64,000 nucleotides of DNA from an uncultured Acidobacteriota bacterium (GTDB lineage: Bacteria > Acidobacteriota > Thermoanaerobaculia > Multivoradales > UBA5704), in NCBI GenBank assembly GCA_963770895.1, contig CAVYRF010000002.1:3040001-3104000 (forward strand), in the 5' to 3' direction. The notes beneath the pieces were generated by a model. That model saw only the letters and a program-made list of their open reading frames with translations, had not been told where the DNA came from and ran no database searches. Positions 1-9,087 of this stretch are shown one piece after another (within the stretch, counting starts at the first letter, position 1; every line of letters starts with the position of its first letter). The translations under genes and the position numbers were made by a program.

Positions 1-345
1 CTGCACTTCCACCGCGACGGTGGCGCGCTGCGCGTATTTGGCTTCCAGCAGGAGCTTGAGCTTTTCGCCGACTTCCGTTTCGGTGAGGCCGGCGACCGCC
101 AGGTCGGGCAGCGGCGCCATGCTGATCGAGCCGTCTTCGGAAACCCTGCGGGTGCCGTTGAGCTCGGGCATTTCGAACACCTTGATGTCAAGCAGGTCGC
201 GCGGACCGACGCGATAGCCCGGCCGGCTTGGTTCGCCGGGCGCGGACGTTCCCGCCGCAGGTTGAGGGGGCACCTGCGCTCCGGCCAACCCTCCCAGGGA
301 AAGCAGCCCGGCAAACGCCCATAAGAATAAGTCTATCTTCTTCAC
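1..345 (-). CDS. Polysaccharide biosynthesis/export protein (Wza/Poly_export family), 5' part; runs off the window edge
   Basis: Manual translation from GTG at 345: MKKIDLFLWAFAGLLSLGGLAGAQ...GYRVGPRDLLDIKVFEMPELNGTRRVSEDGSISMAPLPDLAVAGLT, which has a signal peptide and the typical Y.lG.gD.l.I.V...pel...V..dG.I..P....l.vaGlT motif. Not in the ORF track. Confidence 0.85.
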   Translation of the reverse strand, partial: MKKIDLFLWAFAGLLSLGGLAGAQVPPQPAAGTSAPGEPSRPGYRVGPRDLLDIKVFEMPELNGTRRVSEDGSISMAPLPDLAVAGLTETEVGEKLKLLLEAKYAQRATVAVEVQ

Positions 346-498
346 GCCATTAACGTTACCGGAAGTATTCTAGCAGCAATGGCGGCGCCGGTCCAGGGGC
401 GCCGCAGTGCTGCGGTGCTGCCGGCGCCGCCGTCGTTCTGCAACGGATACGTGGCGCCGCGGATTCCCGATGAGTCGCGCCGGGGAGCCGGCGGGCGC

Positions 499-1809
499 CT
501 ACGGCTCCACTGCGTTGGGCGGCCGGCCGGCGGCGAGGTTGAGGTTGAGGCCCAGGGTGTTGATCGAGCGTGCCAGGCCCGGCAGGTTGGAGGTAAAGCG
601 CGTGCTCGAACCGACCAGGCTGACCACGGCGCCGCGCGCCACGTCGAAGGACAGCGCGCCGCCGAACGACACCAGGTCGTCGTGCCGCTCCGGCGTGCCG
701 GTGGCGCCGGCGATTTGGGTATAGCCCAGGCTGCCGGTCTCACCGAAGCCGCTGACCTTGGCGCGGGCGCCCAGCTTGACGTGCAGCGCCACGCCGTGGC
801 GCAGGTCGTCGAAGTAGGAATAGTCGGGCAGCAGCGAATAGACCAGGTTGCGGTTGGCGTAGACGAAGACTTCGGTCGCCGGAGTGATCTCGTAGGAGAC
901 CGTGATGTGGCCGGTGGTCTTGTCGTAATGGGCGAACGACGACCCCTGCGTCGCCGACAGCGACCGCTGGGCCAGGTCGACCTCGAAGAACAGGCGCCCG
1001 TGCTCGCGCGACAGCTCCAGCACCGGCGCCGTGCCGGAGTTGGAGCGGTTGGGGACGCCGGGCAGGTGGTCGTCAAAGGTGACGTCGGAATGCTCGGCGC
1101 CGGCGCCCACCAGCCAGCCGGGGGCCGGCCGCCAGCGCAGCCCGGCGCGCTCGACGCGCTCCTCGTGGTTGAGCTCGTCGAGCTCTACGGCGGTGGGGTC
1201 GTCGGCGCTGGCGAGGTTGGTCTGGCGGGTGATCTCGCCGCTGACGAAGGGCGACAGGGTGGACGTCGCCGCCACCTCGACGGTGGCCGCGACGTGGTCG
1301 ATGCGGGCGCTGGTCAGGGTGGGCAGCTCGGCGGTGAGGATCTGCTGCTGCGTGTCGCTGCCGGCCGTGAGCCGCAGCGTCAGGCGGTTGAAAAAGCCGT
1401 CGAAGCCGGCGCCGTACAGGCCGTCGAAGCGCCGCCGGTCGCTCTCTTTCTGCCACCAGACGTACTCGGGCAGAGCGTAGGCGGTCCACATCGCCTTGCT
1501 GCCGGCGGGCAGGTAGAAGCGCGCGCCGCCGGCGACGGTGGCGGTGAAGTCGGTGGGGTTCGCGTCGCCCGCCGAGCCCAGCAGGTTCTTGACGTAATCG
1601 ACGTCCTTGAGCTCGAACGCCGGCGCGATCTTGAGCGCGCCCAGGCTGAAGCGGGCGCTCTGGGCTTCCTTTTCCAGCTCGCCCTTGCGATCGATCGGGC
1701 GCCCCTCGGGGCCGCCGGGGGTCGTATACTCGGTGAATTGAGCCCAGGCGGAGCTGGCGACGAACAGCGACAGGAGGGTTGCACTGCAAGACCGGGTGAG
1801 CCGCCGCAT
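499..1809 (-). CDS. Outer-membrane beta-barrel protein associated with polysaccharide export
   Basis: Signal peptide (MRRLTRS...SSAWAQ), alternating amphipathic beta-strand pattern, position directly upstream of the Wza-like gene. Confidence 0.65.
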   Translation of the reverse strand: MRRLTRSCSATLLSLFVASSAWAQFTEYTTPGGPEGRPIDRKGELEKEAQSARFSLGALKIAPAFELKDVDYVKNLLGSAGDANPTDFTATVAGGARFYLPAGSKAMWTAYALPEYVWWQKESDRRRFDGLYGAGFDGFFNRLTLRLTAGSDTQQQILTAELPTLTSARIDHVAATVEVAATSTLSPFVSGEITRQTNLASADDPTAVELDELNHEERVERAGLRWRPAPGWLVGAGAEHSDVTFDDHLPGVPNRSNSGTAPVLELSREHGRLFFEVDLAQRSLSATQGSSFAHYDKTTGHITVSYEITPATEVFVYANRNLVYSLLPDYSYFDDLRHGVALHVKLGARAKVSGFGETGSLGYTQIAGATGTPERHDDLVSFGGALSFDVARGAVVSLVGSSTRFTSNLPGLARSINTLGLNLNLAAGRPPNAVEP

Positions 1810-1865
1810 AGTCTCTCCGTGCAGCAGAGCGTTGGATTGATGCCGGACCAAGGGAAAGCGGCGCC

Positions 1866-3413
1866 ATGATACGCCATTCCGGCGCGGCTTTGACCGCCCT
1901 GCTGGTCGCCCTGGTGATCTGGGCGCCGCTGCCCTTTGGCGGCGTCACCACCTGGGCCGAGGCGAGCCTGCAGACGCTGGCCTTCCTGGCCCTCGCCCTG
2001 GCGATGGTGGTGGTCGAGCGCGCCTCCGATCTGCGCCCGGTGGCGCTGCCGGCGCTGGCGCTGGGCGGCGTGGCGCTCGTCGGGGTGCTGCAGGCGCTGC
2101 CCTGGCCGGCGGCGCTGGTCGGGGTGCTGTCGCCGGGTGCGGCGCGGCTCTACGGGCAGGCGGGGGCGCTGGCCGGCGCCGCCGCGGCGACCCACTTCAG
2201 CCTGGCGCCCGCCGCCACCTGGGCCGCGGCGCTCAGCTGGGCCGCGACCGCCGCCTGCCTGCTGGCCGGCGCTGCCGCGGGGCGCCGGCGCTATCGACGG
2301 CGTTGGGTGGGCGGAGCGTTGCTGGTCAGCGCCGTGGCCCAGATCTTCGTCGGCGCGCGCGCCGCCAACGCCGGCGACCGCACGCTGTGGGGAGTCGAGG
2401 TGCCGATCATAACCAGCCGGCTGCACGGCACCTTCTTCAACTCCAATCACCTGGCGCTCTACCTGGAGATGGCGCTGGCGGTGTGCTTCGCCTGGGGCTG
2501 GTGGGCGGTGCGCAGCTCGCGTGGGGACGGCGCCCTGGAAAAGCGCATCCTGGCGCTGGCGCCGCCGGCGCTGGTGTGGTTGACGCTCTTTGCCGGGCTG
2601 TCGTTCACCGCCTCGCGCGGCGGCCTGCTGGCGGCCTTGGCCGGCATCCTGGTCCAGGGCGCGCTGCTGGCCACGCTGCGGCGGCGGTGGGCGCCGGCGG
2701 CCCTGGGCGCGGCGGTGGCCGGTGTGGGGATCGCCACGGTGCTCGCCCTGGGATTGCAGTCCGGACCGGCGCGGATGCTGGCGACGCTGCCTTTCGACGT
2801 CAGCCTGGGGGCGCGGCGTCAGGCATGGGCGGCGACGTTCGCGCTGTGGCGGCGCTTTCCGCTGGCCGGCACCGGGCTGGGCACCTTTCGCGACGCCTTC
2901 ACGCTGACGCAGCCGGCGGACCTGGACGGCACCTGGTGGCATGCGCACAGCGGGCCGCTGGAGCTGCTGGCGACCGCGGGTCCGGTGGGGCCTCTGCTGA
3001 TCGCCGCCGGCCTGGTGGCGCTGGTGATGCGCCTGCTGGTCGTGCTGCGGCGCGGGCGGCGCTCCGAAGACCGGGCGGCGGGCCTGGCGGCGCTGGGTGC
3101 GCTGGCCATGGCGGTGGCGCACGAAGGGCTCGATTTTGGGCTGACGATGCCCGCCAATGCGCTCACCCTGGCGGTGCTGGCCGGTGCCGCCGCGACCGCC
3201 CGGCTGGCCGCGCCCGAGCCGTCGCCGTCACTCGGTGGCGGTGGCGGTGCCCGTGCCGCTGCCGGCGCCCGAGCCGGCGGCCAGCCGCACGCGGCCGGGA
3301 CGCACCGCGCCGCCGGCGACGCTTTCGATCTCCAGCAGGTGCAGCCCCGGCCCCAGGGCGGCAGGCAGGGTAAGGGTGGCGCCCGGAGCCACCGGGAAAG
3401 CGCCGACCACTGA
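1866..3413 (+). CDS. O-antigen ligase/Wzy_C family membrane protein (copy 1)
   Basis: Many TM segments; motifs PLPFGG, RLHGTFFNSNH, TASRGG, PLAGTGLGTF, HAHS..LELLA. Confidence 0.85.
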   Translation: MIRHSGAALTALLVALVIWAPLPFGGVTTWAEASLQTLAFLALALAMVVVERASDLRPVALPALALGGVALVGVLQALPWPAALVGVLSPGAARLYGQAGALAGAAAATHFSLAPAATWAAALSWAATAACLLAGAAAGRRRYRRRWVGGALLVSAVAQIFVGARAANAGDRTLWGVEVPIITSRLHGTFFNSNHLALYLEMALAVCFAWGWWAVRSSRGDGALEKRILALAPPALVWLTLFAGLSFTASRGGLLAALAGILVQGALLATLRRRWAPAALGAAVAGVGIATVLALGLQSGPARMLATLPFDVSLGARRQAWAATFALWRRFPLAGTGLGTFRDAFTLTQPADLDGTWWHAHSGPLELLATAGPVGPLLIAAGLVALVMRLLVVLRRGRRSEDRAAGLAALGALAMAVAHEGLDFGLTMPANALTLAVLAGAAATARLAAPEPSPSLGGGGGARAAAGARAGGQPHAAGTHRAAGDAFDLQQVQPRPQGGRQGKGGARSHRESADH

Positions 3414-4994
3414 GTCGTCCAGGCGCACCTCGACGGCGGCGCCCAGCAGCGGCGCGGCGTCGACCGCGATGATGAACGCCGGCGCCTCGCCGGCGGCCAG
3501 CAGCTCCAGGCGGGAGGTCGCGCCCTGCACGTCCCAGGCGGCGGCGGGCCACTCGCGGGCCGCCAGGCGCGTCAGGGCCTGCGCCGCCGCCGTCTCGCCC
3601 GCGGCGTCGCCGGCGGCGTGGGCGATCGCCGCCTTGACCTGCCAGGTGTTGGGGCGGTCCAGCCAGCTGTGCGGCAGCTCGACCAGCGCATCCTGGGCGT
3701 CGGCCGCGGCGTGGCCCTTGGCCAGCAGCATCTTGGCCTTCAGCAGCCGGTAGGGCGCCCACTCCTCGCTCCAGGCCGTGGCGTAGGTGCGCTCCAGCAC
3801 CTCGGCGCGCGGCAGATCGCCGGTGACCACCGCCGCCATGGCGTCCAGGCGGGGATCCAGGTCGCGGCAGAAACCGGCCAGGCGGGCGAGCGGCCGCTGC
3901 GGCAGGGGGCACTCGAAGAGGCGGCAGCGGTCCAGGTTCCAGGCCAGCTGCCGGGCCAGGCGCTCCGCCGTGCGGTGGTCGACCGAGCCGGGCGGGCAGC
4001 TTTCCAGCGCGCGGGTGAGCAGCGAAAGGTAGCTGCGGCCGGGCCGCGCTTCGGCGGCGATGGCCAGGAAGCGCTCGCGCGCGTCGGGCGCCCCCGGCCG
4101 CTCCGCCGTCGCGGCCAGGCGGTACGCCAGGCTTTCGCGCAGGACCTGGTTCCAGCGATCGCGGGCGGCGCAATAGCCCGTCCAATCGGCGTGCTGGGAG
4201 TAGAACTGCTGCACCGTGTCCCACGCTTCCGGGTCGTGGGGGATGACCGCAAAGGCTTCGGCGCGGCTCGCCGCCGTGGTCAGCCAGGGCGCCAGCAGGC
4301 CGGCGAGCACCTGCGGATCGGCAAAGACGCTGGTCAGCAGCTGCTTTTCGCGCTCGCGCTTGGCGGCCGAGAGCTGCGGCCACAGCTCCAGGTAGGCGGC
4401 GGCCAGCAGGCGGGCGGCGTCGGTGCGCCCGGGGGCCAGCGCCATCGCCGCTTCCAGGGGCCGCTCCCAGGTCGGCGCCTGGGTGAACAGCCGCGTGTCG
4501 TGCGCCTGCGACCACGAGAGATAGGTCGCGGCGCCCAGCACCATCGCCGCCTCCCAGGCCGCCGGGCGCGCCGTCAGGCCGGCCCCCGCCAGCCCCGCCG
4601 TCTCCGCCAGGCGCGACGCCGCGGTGCCCTGCCGGCCGTCGTCGCCGGCGGCCGGCAGGTCGGCGCGACGGGTGGGATCGAGCTCGGCGGCGAGCGCGGC
4701 GCGCGCCGCCCGCAGGTCGACGCGGCCCGGATCGGGCTCGTACTCCAGCTCGCGCGGCACCGTGGCGCCGCCGGCCACCAGCCACGCCGCCATCTGTTCC
4801 TGGCGTGCCGCCAGCGCGTGCTGCTGCGCCATCGCCACCGCCGCCAGCGCCAGCCCCGCCAGCGCGCCGCCGGCACGCCACGCCAGCCCGCCGCGATGCA
4901 GCCACGCCCCTGGCGTGCCGGCCTGCCCGGAGCCGCCGCCGCGATCGCCGGCGGGCTCCGAGCCGGGCACCGAACCCGGCCGTTGCATGTTCAT
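3228..4994 (-). CDS. Membrane-anchored helical (TPR-like) hypothetical protein with a C-terminal beta domain
   Basis: Long ORF with an N-terminal hydrophobic segment and coding-like composition. Extended -10 (TGGTATCAT) lies 6 nt before ATG 4994. Confidence 0.55.
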   Translation of the reverse strand: MNMQRPGSVPGSEPAGDRGGGSGQAGTPGAWLHRGGLAWRAGGALAGLALAAVAMAQQHALAARQEQMAAWLVAGGATVPRELEYEPDPGRVDLRAARAALAAELDPTRRADLPAAGDDGRQGTAASRLAETAGLAGAGLTARPAAWEAAMVLGAATYLSWSQAHDTRLFTQAPTWERPLEAAMALAPGRTDAARLLAAAYLELWPQLSAAKREREKQLLTSVFADPQVLAGLLAPWLTTAASRAEAFAVIPHDPEAWDTVQQFYSQHADWTGYCAARDRWNQVLRESLAYRLAATAERPGAPDARERFLAIAAEARPGRSYLSLLTRALESCPPGSVDHRTAERLARQLAWNLDRCRLFECPLPQRPLARLAGFCRDLDPRLDAMAAVVTGDLPRAEVLERTYATAWSEEWAPYRLLKAKMLLAKGHAAADAQDALVELPHSWLDRPNTWQVKAAIAHAAGDAAGETAAAQALTRLAAREWPAAAWDVQGATSRLELLAAGEAPAFIIAVDAAPLLGAAVEVRLDDSVVGAFPVAPGATLTLPAALGPGLHLLEIESVAGGAVRPGRVRLAAGSGAGSGTGTATATE

Positions 4995-5116
4995 GGCCCG
5001 ATGATACCAAGGCCCTCTACGAGGCGCGCCGCCGGCGGCGTCAGGCACCCCCGATCGACCTGGCGCAGAGGCGGGGCTGCGGGGGGAGCCGTCGCCGCTG
5101 ATCTATGCTCATGGCG

Positions 5117-6451
5117 ATGTCCGGCCGCGGAGTGCGCTTCGATCCTCCCGCGCTGCCGCTGACGCCGGCGGTGCGCTGGATGCTGCTGCGCGCCTTCGGG
5201 CCGCCGGGCGCCGCCCTGGGTGCGGTGGGAGCGGTTGGGGCAGCGGGCGCGGCAGGTGCAGCGGGTGGGGCGGCGCCGCCGGCGGTGGCGCCCGCGGCGG
5301 CGCTGGCGCTCAGCCGGCGCTTCGACCTTGCGGCGCGCATCGCGGCGCGCCAGGGGCGGGCGCGGCTGGCGGCGGAGCTGGGCGAAACCGCGGTGGTGGA
5401 AGGCTTCGTGCACGACCGCGCGGCGGCGGCCGCGGCAACGCTGCGCGCCATGGCGCTGGTCGAGCAGGTGGCGGCGGCGGCGGCGGCGCGGCAGATTCCG
5501 GTGGTGTTCCTCAAGCTGGCGGCCCTGGAGCTGCTGGGCGTGCTGGCGCCGGGCAGCCGGGCGGGTTGCGACCTGGACGTGCTGGCGCCGGCGGAGCGGG
5601 CCGGCGAGCTGCTGCAGGCGCTGGTCGAGCGCGGCTTTCGCGCCTCGCCGCTGCCCGAGCAGGAGCACCAGCTGGCCGCCCTGGAGGGGCCGGACGGAGT
5701 TGTCGAGGTGCACCGGATGCTGCTCGGCGTGCGCCTCGATGGCCGGCCCGACCAGCCTGACCAGCGCCCCGGGCAAACCCGGCAACCCCGGCGACGCGCG
5801 CGATCAGCGCGGTGGGCCGACTTGCAGCGAGCGGGCCTGCTGACCGCGCTGCCGCGGCTGCCGGGCGCCGCGGCGGTGCCGGTGCCGGCGGTGGCCGCGG
5901 CGCATGCGCTGGTGCACGGCATCGCCCAGCACGGCTGGGCGCCGGGCTCGTATTCGCTGCTCAGGATGGTCGGCGACCTGATCGACCTGGGCTTTGCCGA
6001 GTCCCGTCCGCTCGCCGCGAGCGTCGCCGCATGGGTCGCCGGCGACGTGACGCCGGTGGAGGTGGAGGCGGCGCGGCGCTTGGCGGCGGAGCTGGCGGCG
6101 GGTGCGTGGGAGGATTCGCGGGCGCCCGAGGCGGTGCTGCTGCGGCACGCCCTGGCCGGCCGTCTGGACCCGGAATACCAGCGCTCGCTGCGCCTGGCGC
6201 TGTTCCGCCGGCAGCCGAGCGACCTGCCGCAGGCGCTGCGGCTGGCGCGGGCGGTCGCCGGCACCGTGTGGCTCAGCCGCGCGCGGGTGGACGCGATCTA
6301 CGGGCCGCCGCGCCACCGCCTGGGCTACCTGGGCCGCCGGCTGCTGCGACCGCTCGACCTGCTGGCCCGGCTCGCCAGCTCCGCCCGCCAGGCCTGGCGC
6401 GTCCGCCGCCGCCCGGCCGGGAACGCGGGCGGCGGCGGCACGGCGCCGTAG
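5117..6451 (+). CDS. Nucleotidyltransferase family protein (NTP_transf_5-like)
   Basis: Motifs IPVVFLK.AAL, R..CDLDVL, VEVH..L, HALVH...H. Start may be 5105, 5111 or 5117. Confidence 0.75.
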   Translation: MSGRGVRFDPPALPLTPAVRWMLLRAFGPPGAALGAVGAVGAAGAAGAAGGAAPPAVAPAAALALSRRFDLAARIAARQGRARLAAELGETAVVEGFVHDRAAAAAATLRAMALVEQVAAAAAARQIPVVFLKLAALELLGVLAPGSRAGCDLDVLAPAERAGELLQALVERGFRASPLPEQEHQLAALEGPDGVVEVHRMLLGVRLDGRPDQPDQRPGQTRQPRRRARSARWADLQRAGLLTALPRLPGAAAVPVPAVAAAHALVHGIAQHGWAPGSYSLLRMVGDLIDLGFAESRPLAASVAAWVAGDVTPVEVEAARRLAAELAAGAWEDSRAPEAVLLRHALAGRLDPEYQRSLRLALFRRQPSDLPQALRLARAVAGTVWLSRARVDAIYGPPRHRLGYLGRRLLRPLDLLARLASSARQAWRVRRRPAGNAGGGGTAP

Positions 6452-6471
6452 CGGTCAGGCCGCTGGTCTGT

Positions 6472-6621
6472 CTAGTTGGTGCACACCGTGGGGCAATAGG
6501 TTTCGAAGTAGGTGACGCACTCGCTGCGCGGGCCGGTCATGGCGGCGACCCGGGGGAGCTGGCCGTGGCTGAGCTGCTGCAGGGTTTCGCGGCTCAGCTT
6601 CATCGACTTTTTGGTCTTCAT
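6472..6621 (-). CDS. Candidate RiPP precursor, lanthipeptide-like (49 aa)
   Basis: MKTKKSMKLSRETLQQLSHGQLPRVAAMTGPRSECVTYFETYCPTVCTN; AGGAG RBS 8 nt upstream; KL.RETL leader and a Cys/Thr-rich core. Confidence 0.7.
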   Translation of the reverse strand: MKTKKSMKLSRETLQQLSHGQLPRVAAMTGPRSECVTYFETYCPTVCTN

Positions 6622-6769
6622 CAACGTTTCTCCTGGGGCTGCGAAGCGTTCGAGCGGACGCGCCCGAGCGCGCGCGGCGCTCCTACTTCGCAGGGTGCCT
6701 GGCGGCGGGTGAAGCGGTCCCCGCCGGGCTCGCCGCCGCCGGCGCAGGCGGACATATACTCCTCCCGCC

Positions 6770-8275
6770 GTGAGCAAGCCCCGATCCAACCGCGGCCGGC
6801 GCCCCCCCGCCGCCGCCGGTCCCGCCGCCTCGGCGTCGAGGCGCCGCCAGACGGTGGCCGGCGCCGTCGCCGCGATGCCCGCGGTGCCCTGGAAGGCGCT
6901 GGCGCCGACCGGAAAGGCGGCGGTGGCGCTGCTCTGGCTGCTGGTGCTGGTGCCCGCCTGGTGGTATTCGCCGGCGGCCAAGGATGCGTTCCGGTTGCCC
7001 AAGCTGATGCTGGCCGAGTGGCTGGGCCTTGCGTCGCTTTTGCCGCTGGCCTGGCAGCTGTCGCGCGTGCCGCGGATCGGGTGGCGCGACCTGTGGCGAT
7101 GGCCGGCGGTGCGCGCCGTGGTGCCGCTCCTGGCGATCGCGACCCTGGGGCTGGCGACCAGCGCCCACGCCCTGCACGTGCGGCAGGGGCTGATCGACCT
7201 TTGGATCGGCGCGGCGTGCCTGGTGGGGTGGAGCGTGGCGCTGCCGGCCGGCCGGCTGGGACGCCTGCTCGGCCTGCTGCTGGTGCCCGCGATCGCCCTG
7301 GCCGTGCTGGGCATCCTGCAGTTCCACGGCGTGCTGCACGCGCCGGTCGGCGGCATGCACGGGACGGCGCCGCGCTTCAGCGTGATCTCGCGGGCAGGCA
7401 ATCCTGGCGACCTGGGCGCTTTCCTGGTGCTCCCCTGCCTGGTCGCGCAGTGGCTGCTGGCGCGGGCGCCGCGGCGGCGGGGGTGGCTGCTGGCGGCGCT
7501 GGCGATCTGTGCCTACGGCGTGGCGATCACCCAGACGGTCGCCGCGCTGTCGGCGCTGCTGGTCGGCAGCCTGGTGCTGTGGGGCGCCGCCCTGGGACGC
7601 GGCGTCGCCGCCGGCCAGCGCGCCAGGATCGCCGGGGCCGTGGTGGCGCTCGGCCTGGTCGCCGCCCTGGCCGCCGCCGCGGTGCCGGCGCTGCGCCAGC
7701 GCGTGGCGGACAAGCTGGCCGCGGCGCGGCACGGAGACTGGAACGACGTGCTGACCGGGCGGGTGGACGGTTGGCGGGCGGCCCTGTGGATGCTCGGCCA
7801 GCACCCCTGGAGCGGGGTCGGCCAGGGCGCTTTCCGCGCCGAGTTCGCGCCCGCCAAGCTGGCCCTGCTGGACCGCGGCGCCAGGCCGTTCTACTCGGGC
7901 CAGCAGCAGAGCTTCGTCAACGCCCACGACGAGGCGCTGGAGGTTGGCGCCGACCTGGGCTGGCCGGGCCTGGTCGCGCTCGCCTGGGCGCTCTGGGTCC
8001 TGGCGGCGGCGGTGCGTGCCGGCGATGCCCGCGATGCCAGCAATGGGGGCGATGGCGGTGTCGAGCGGTCCGACCCCACGGCTGGCCAGGCGCCCGGCGA
8101 GCGGGCGGCGCGGGCGGATGCCGCCCTGGCCATGGCGGGGACGGCGGCGCTCGGCGTGCTGGCGCTGGTCGACTTCCCGTTCCGCATCGCGCTGGTGGCG
8201 TTCCCGGCCCTGCTGCTCCTCGCCTGGGTGCTGGCGCGGGCCGGCGCCGCCGTCGCGGCGGAGGGTGGCGCGTGA
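6770..8275 (+). CDS. O-antigen ligase/Wzy_C family membrane protein (copy 2)
   Basis: Polytopic membrane protein; F.LPK, GNP..LG, R...W..AL.M...HPWSGVG.G.F, NAHDE.LE motifs. Confidence 0.85.
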   Translation: MSKPRSNRGRRPPAAAGPAASASRRRQTVAGAVAAMPAVPWKALAPTGKAAVALLWLLVLVPAWWYSPAAKDAFRLPKLMLAEWLGLASLLPLAWQLSRVPRIGWRDLWRWPAVRAVVPLLAIATLGLATSAHALHVRQGLIDLWIGAACLVGWSVALPAGRLGRLLGLLLVPAIALAVLGILQFHGVLHAPVGGMHGTAPRFSVISRAGNPGDLGAFLVLPCLVAQWLLARAPRRRGWLLAALAICAYGVAITQTVAALSALLVGSLVLWGAALGRGVAAGQRARIAGAVVALGLVAALAAAAVPALRQRVADKLAAARHGDWNDVLTGRVDGWRAALWMLGQHPWSGVGQGAFRAEFAPAKLALLDRGARPFYSGQQQSFVNAHDEALEVGADLGWPGLVALAWALWVLAAAVRAGDARDASNGGDGGVERSDPTAGQAPGERAARADAALAMAGTAALGVLALVDFPFRIALVAFPALLLLAWVLARAGAAVAAEGGA

Positions 8276-8724
8276 AGGGGCGGCCGCTGGCGGTGGCGTT
8301 GATCGTCGTGCTGGCGGTGGCGCTCGGCGCCCAGAGCGTGCGCTGGCGCGACCGGCTGCTGGCCAGCGAGCTGGTCAACGAGGTGGAGGTGATCTCGGTC
8401 AGCGCCGCCACCCGCGGCTCGGCGACGCTCGAGCGGGTGCTGCCCGGCGTGCTGGCGGCGTTGCGGCGCGCCGGCGACGCCGATCCGCTGGACGTGGAGG
8501 TGCCGCTGGCGCGCGGCTCGCTGTACTACCTGCTGCGGCGTCCCGACGAGGCGATCGCCAGCTACCAGAGCGCCGCGGAGCTGGAACCGCACGCCGAGAT
8601 CCTGCTGCACCTGGGCGACGCCCTGCTCGCCGCCGGGCGCCAGGACGAAGCCCGCCGCAGCTATCGCGACGCGCTTCGCCTGGCCCCCTGGCTGTGGCCG
8701 CTGGTGCCTGCCGGGGAGCGGTAG
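8272..8724 (+). CDS. Membrane-anchored tetratricopeptide repeat protein (150 aa)
   Basis: GTG overlaps the ligase stop (GTGA); N-terminal TM segment; TPR motifs (LARGSLYYLLRRPDEAIASYQSA; LHLGDALLAAGRQDEARRSYRDALRLAP). Confidence 0.8.
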   Translation: MKGRPLAVALIVVLAVALGAQSVRWRDRLLASELVNEVEVISVSAATRGSATLERVLPGVLAALRRAGDADPLDVEVPLARGSLYYLLRRPDEAIASYQSAAELEPHAEILLHLGDALLAAGRQDEARRSYRDALRLAPWLWPLVPAGER

Positions 8725-8758
8725 CGTCCCGCTCGCCGCCCCCCGGCAAGCGACCTGG

Positions 8759-8947
8759 CTACCAGGGCGACGGCTCAGGGTCCGACAGGTGCCATGGCAC
8801 CGGGGGCGGATTGGAGGTCTTCCAGGGCGAGGGTTCGGGATTGAGCCGGATCGGCCCGATCGGCAGCCACGGCGACGGCTGAGGGCCGCTGCCGCGGACG
8901 GCGCGCAGCGCCTGGCCGGGCGCTGTCGAACGGTGAATCTTCTTCAT
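8759..8947 (-). CDS. Small repetitive peptide with four P-x-P-x-P-W motifs (62 aa), candidate multi-core RiPP precursor
   Basis: MKKIHRSTAPGQALRAVRGSGPQPSPWLPIGPIRLNPEPSPWKTSNPPPVPWHLSDPEPSPW; strong AAAAGGAG RBS before ATG 8947. Confidence 0.65.
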   Translation of the reverse strand: MKKIHRSTAPGQALRAVRGSGPQPSPWLPIGPIRLNPEPSPWKTSNPPPVPWHLSDPEPSPW

Positions 8948-9087
8948 TGCGTCTCCTTTTCCTGAAGTACGGCACACAAGATAGAAGCATGTGCATTTGA
9001 GCGCGCAATGCGTGACCGCGCTCCCGCGAGACGTCCCCCCTGCTTCTGGTAGCATGGCGGCGGCAGCCATGCCTGCCTGGCCGGGCC

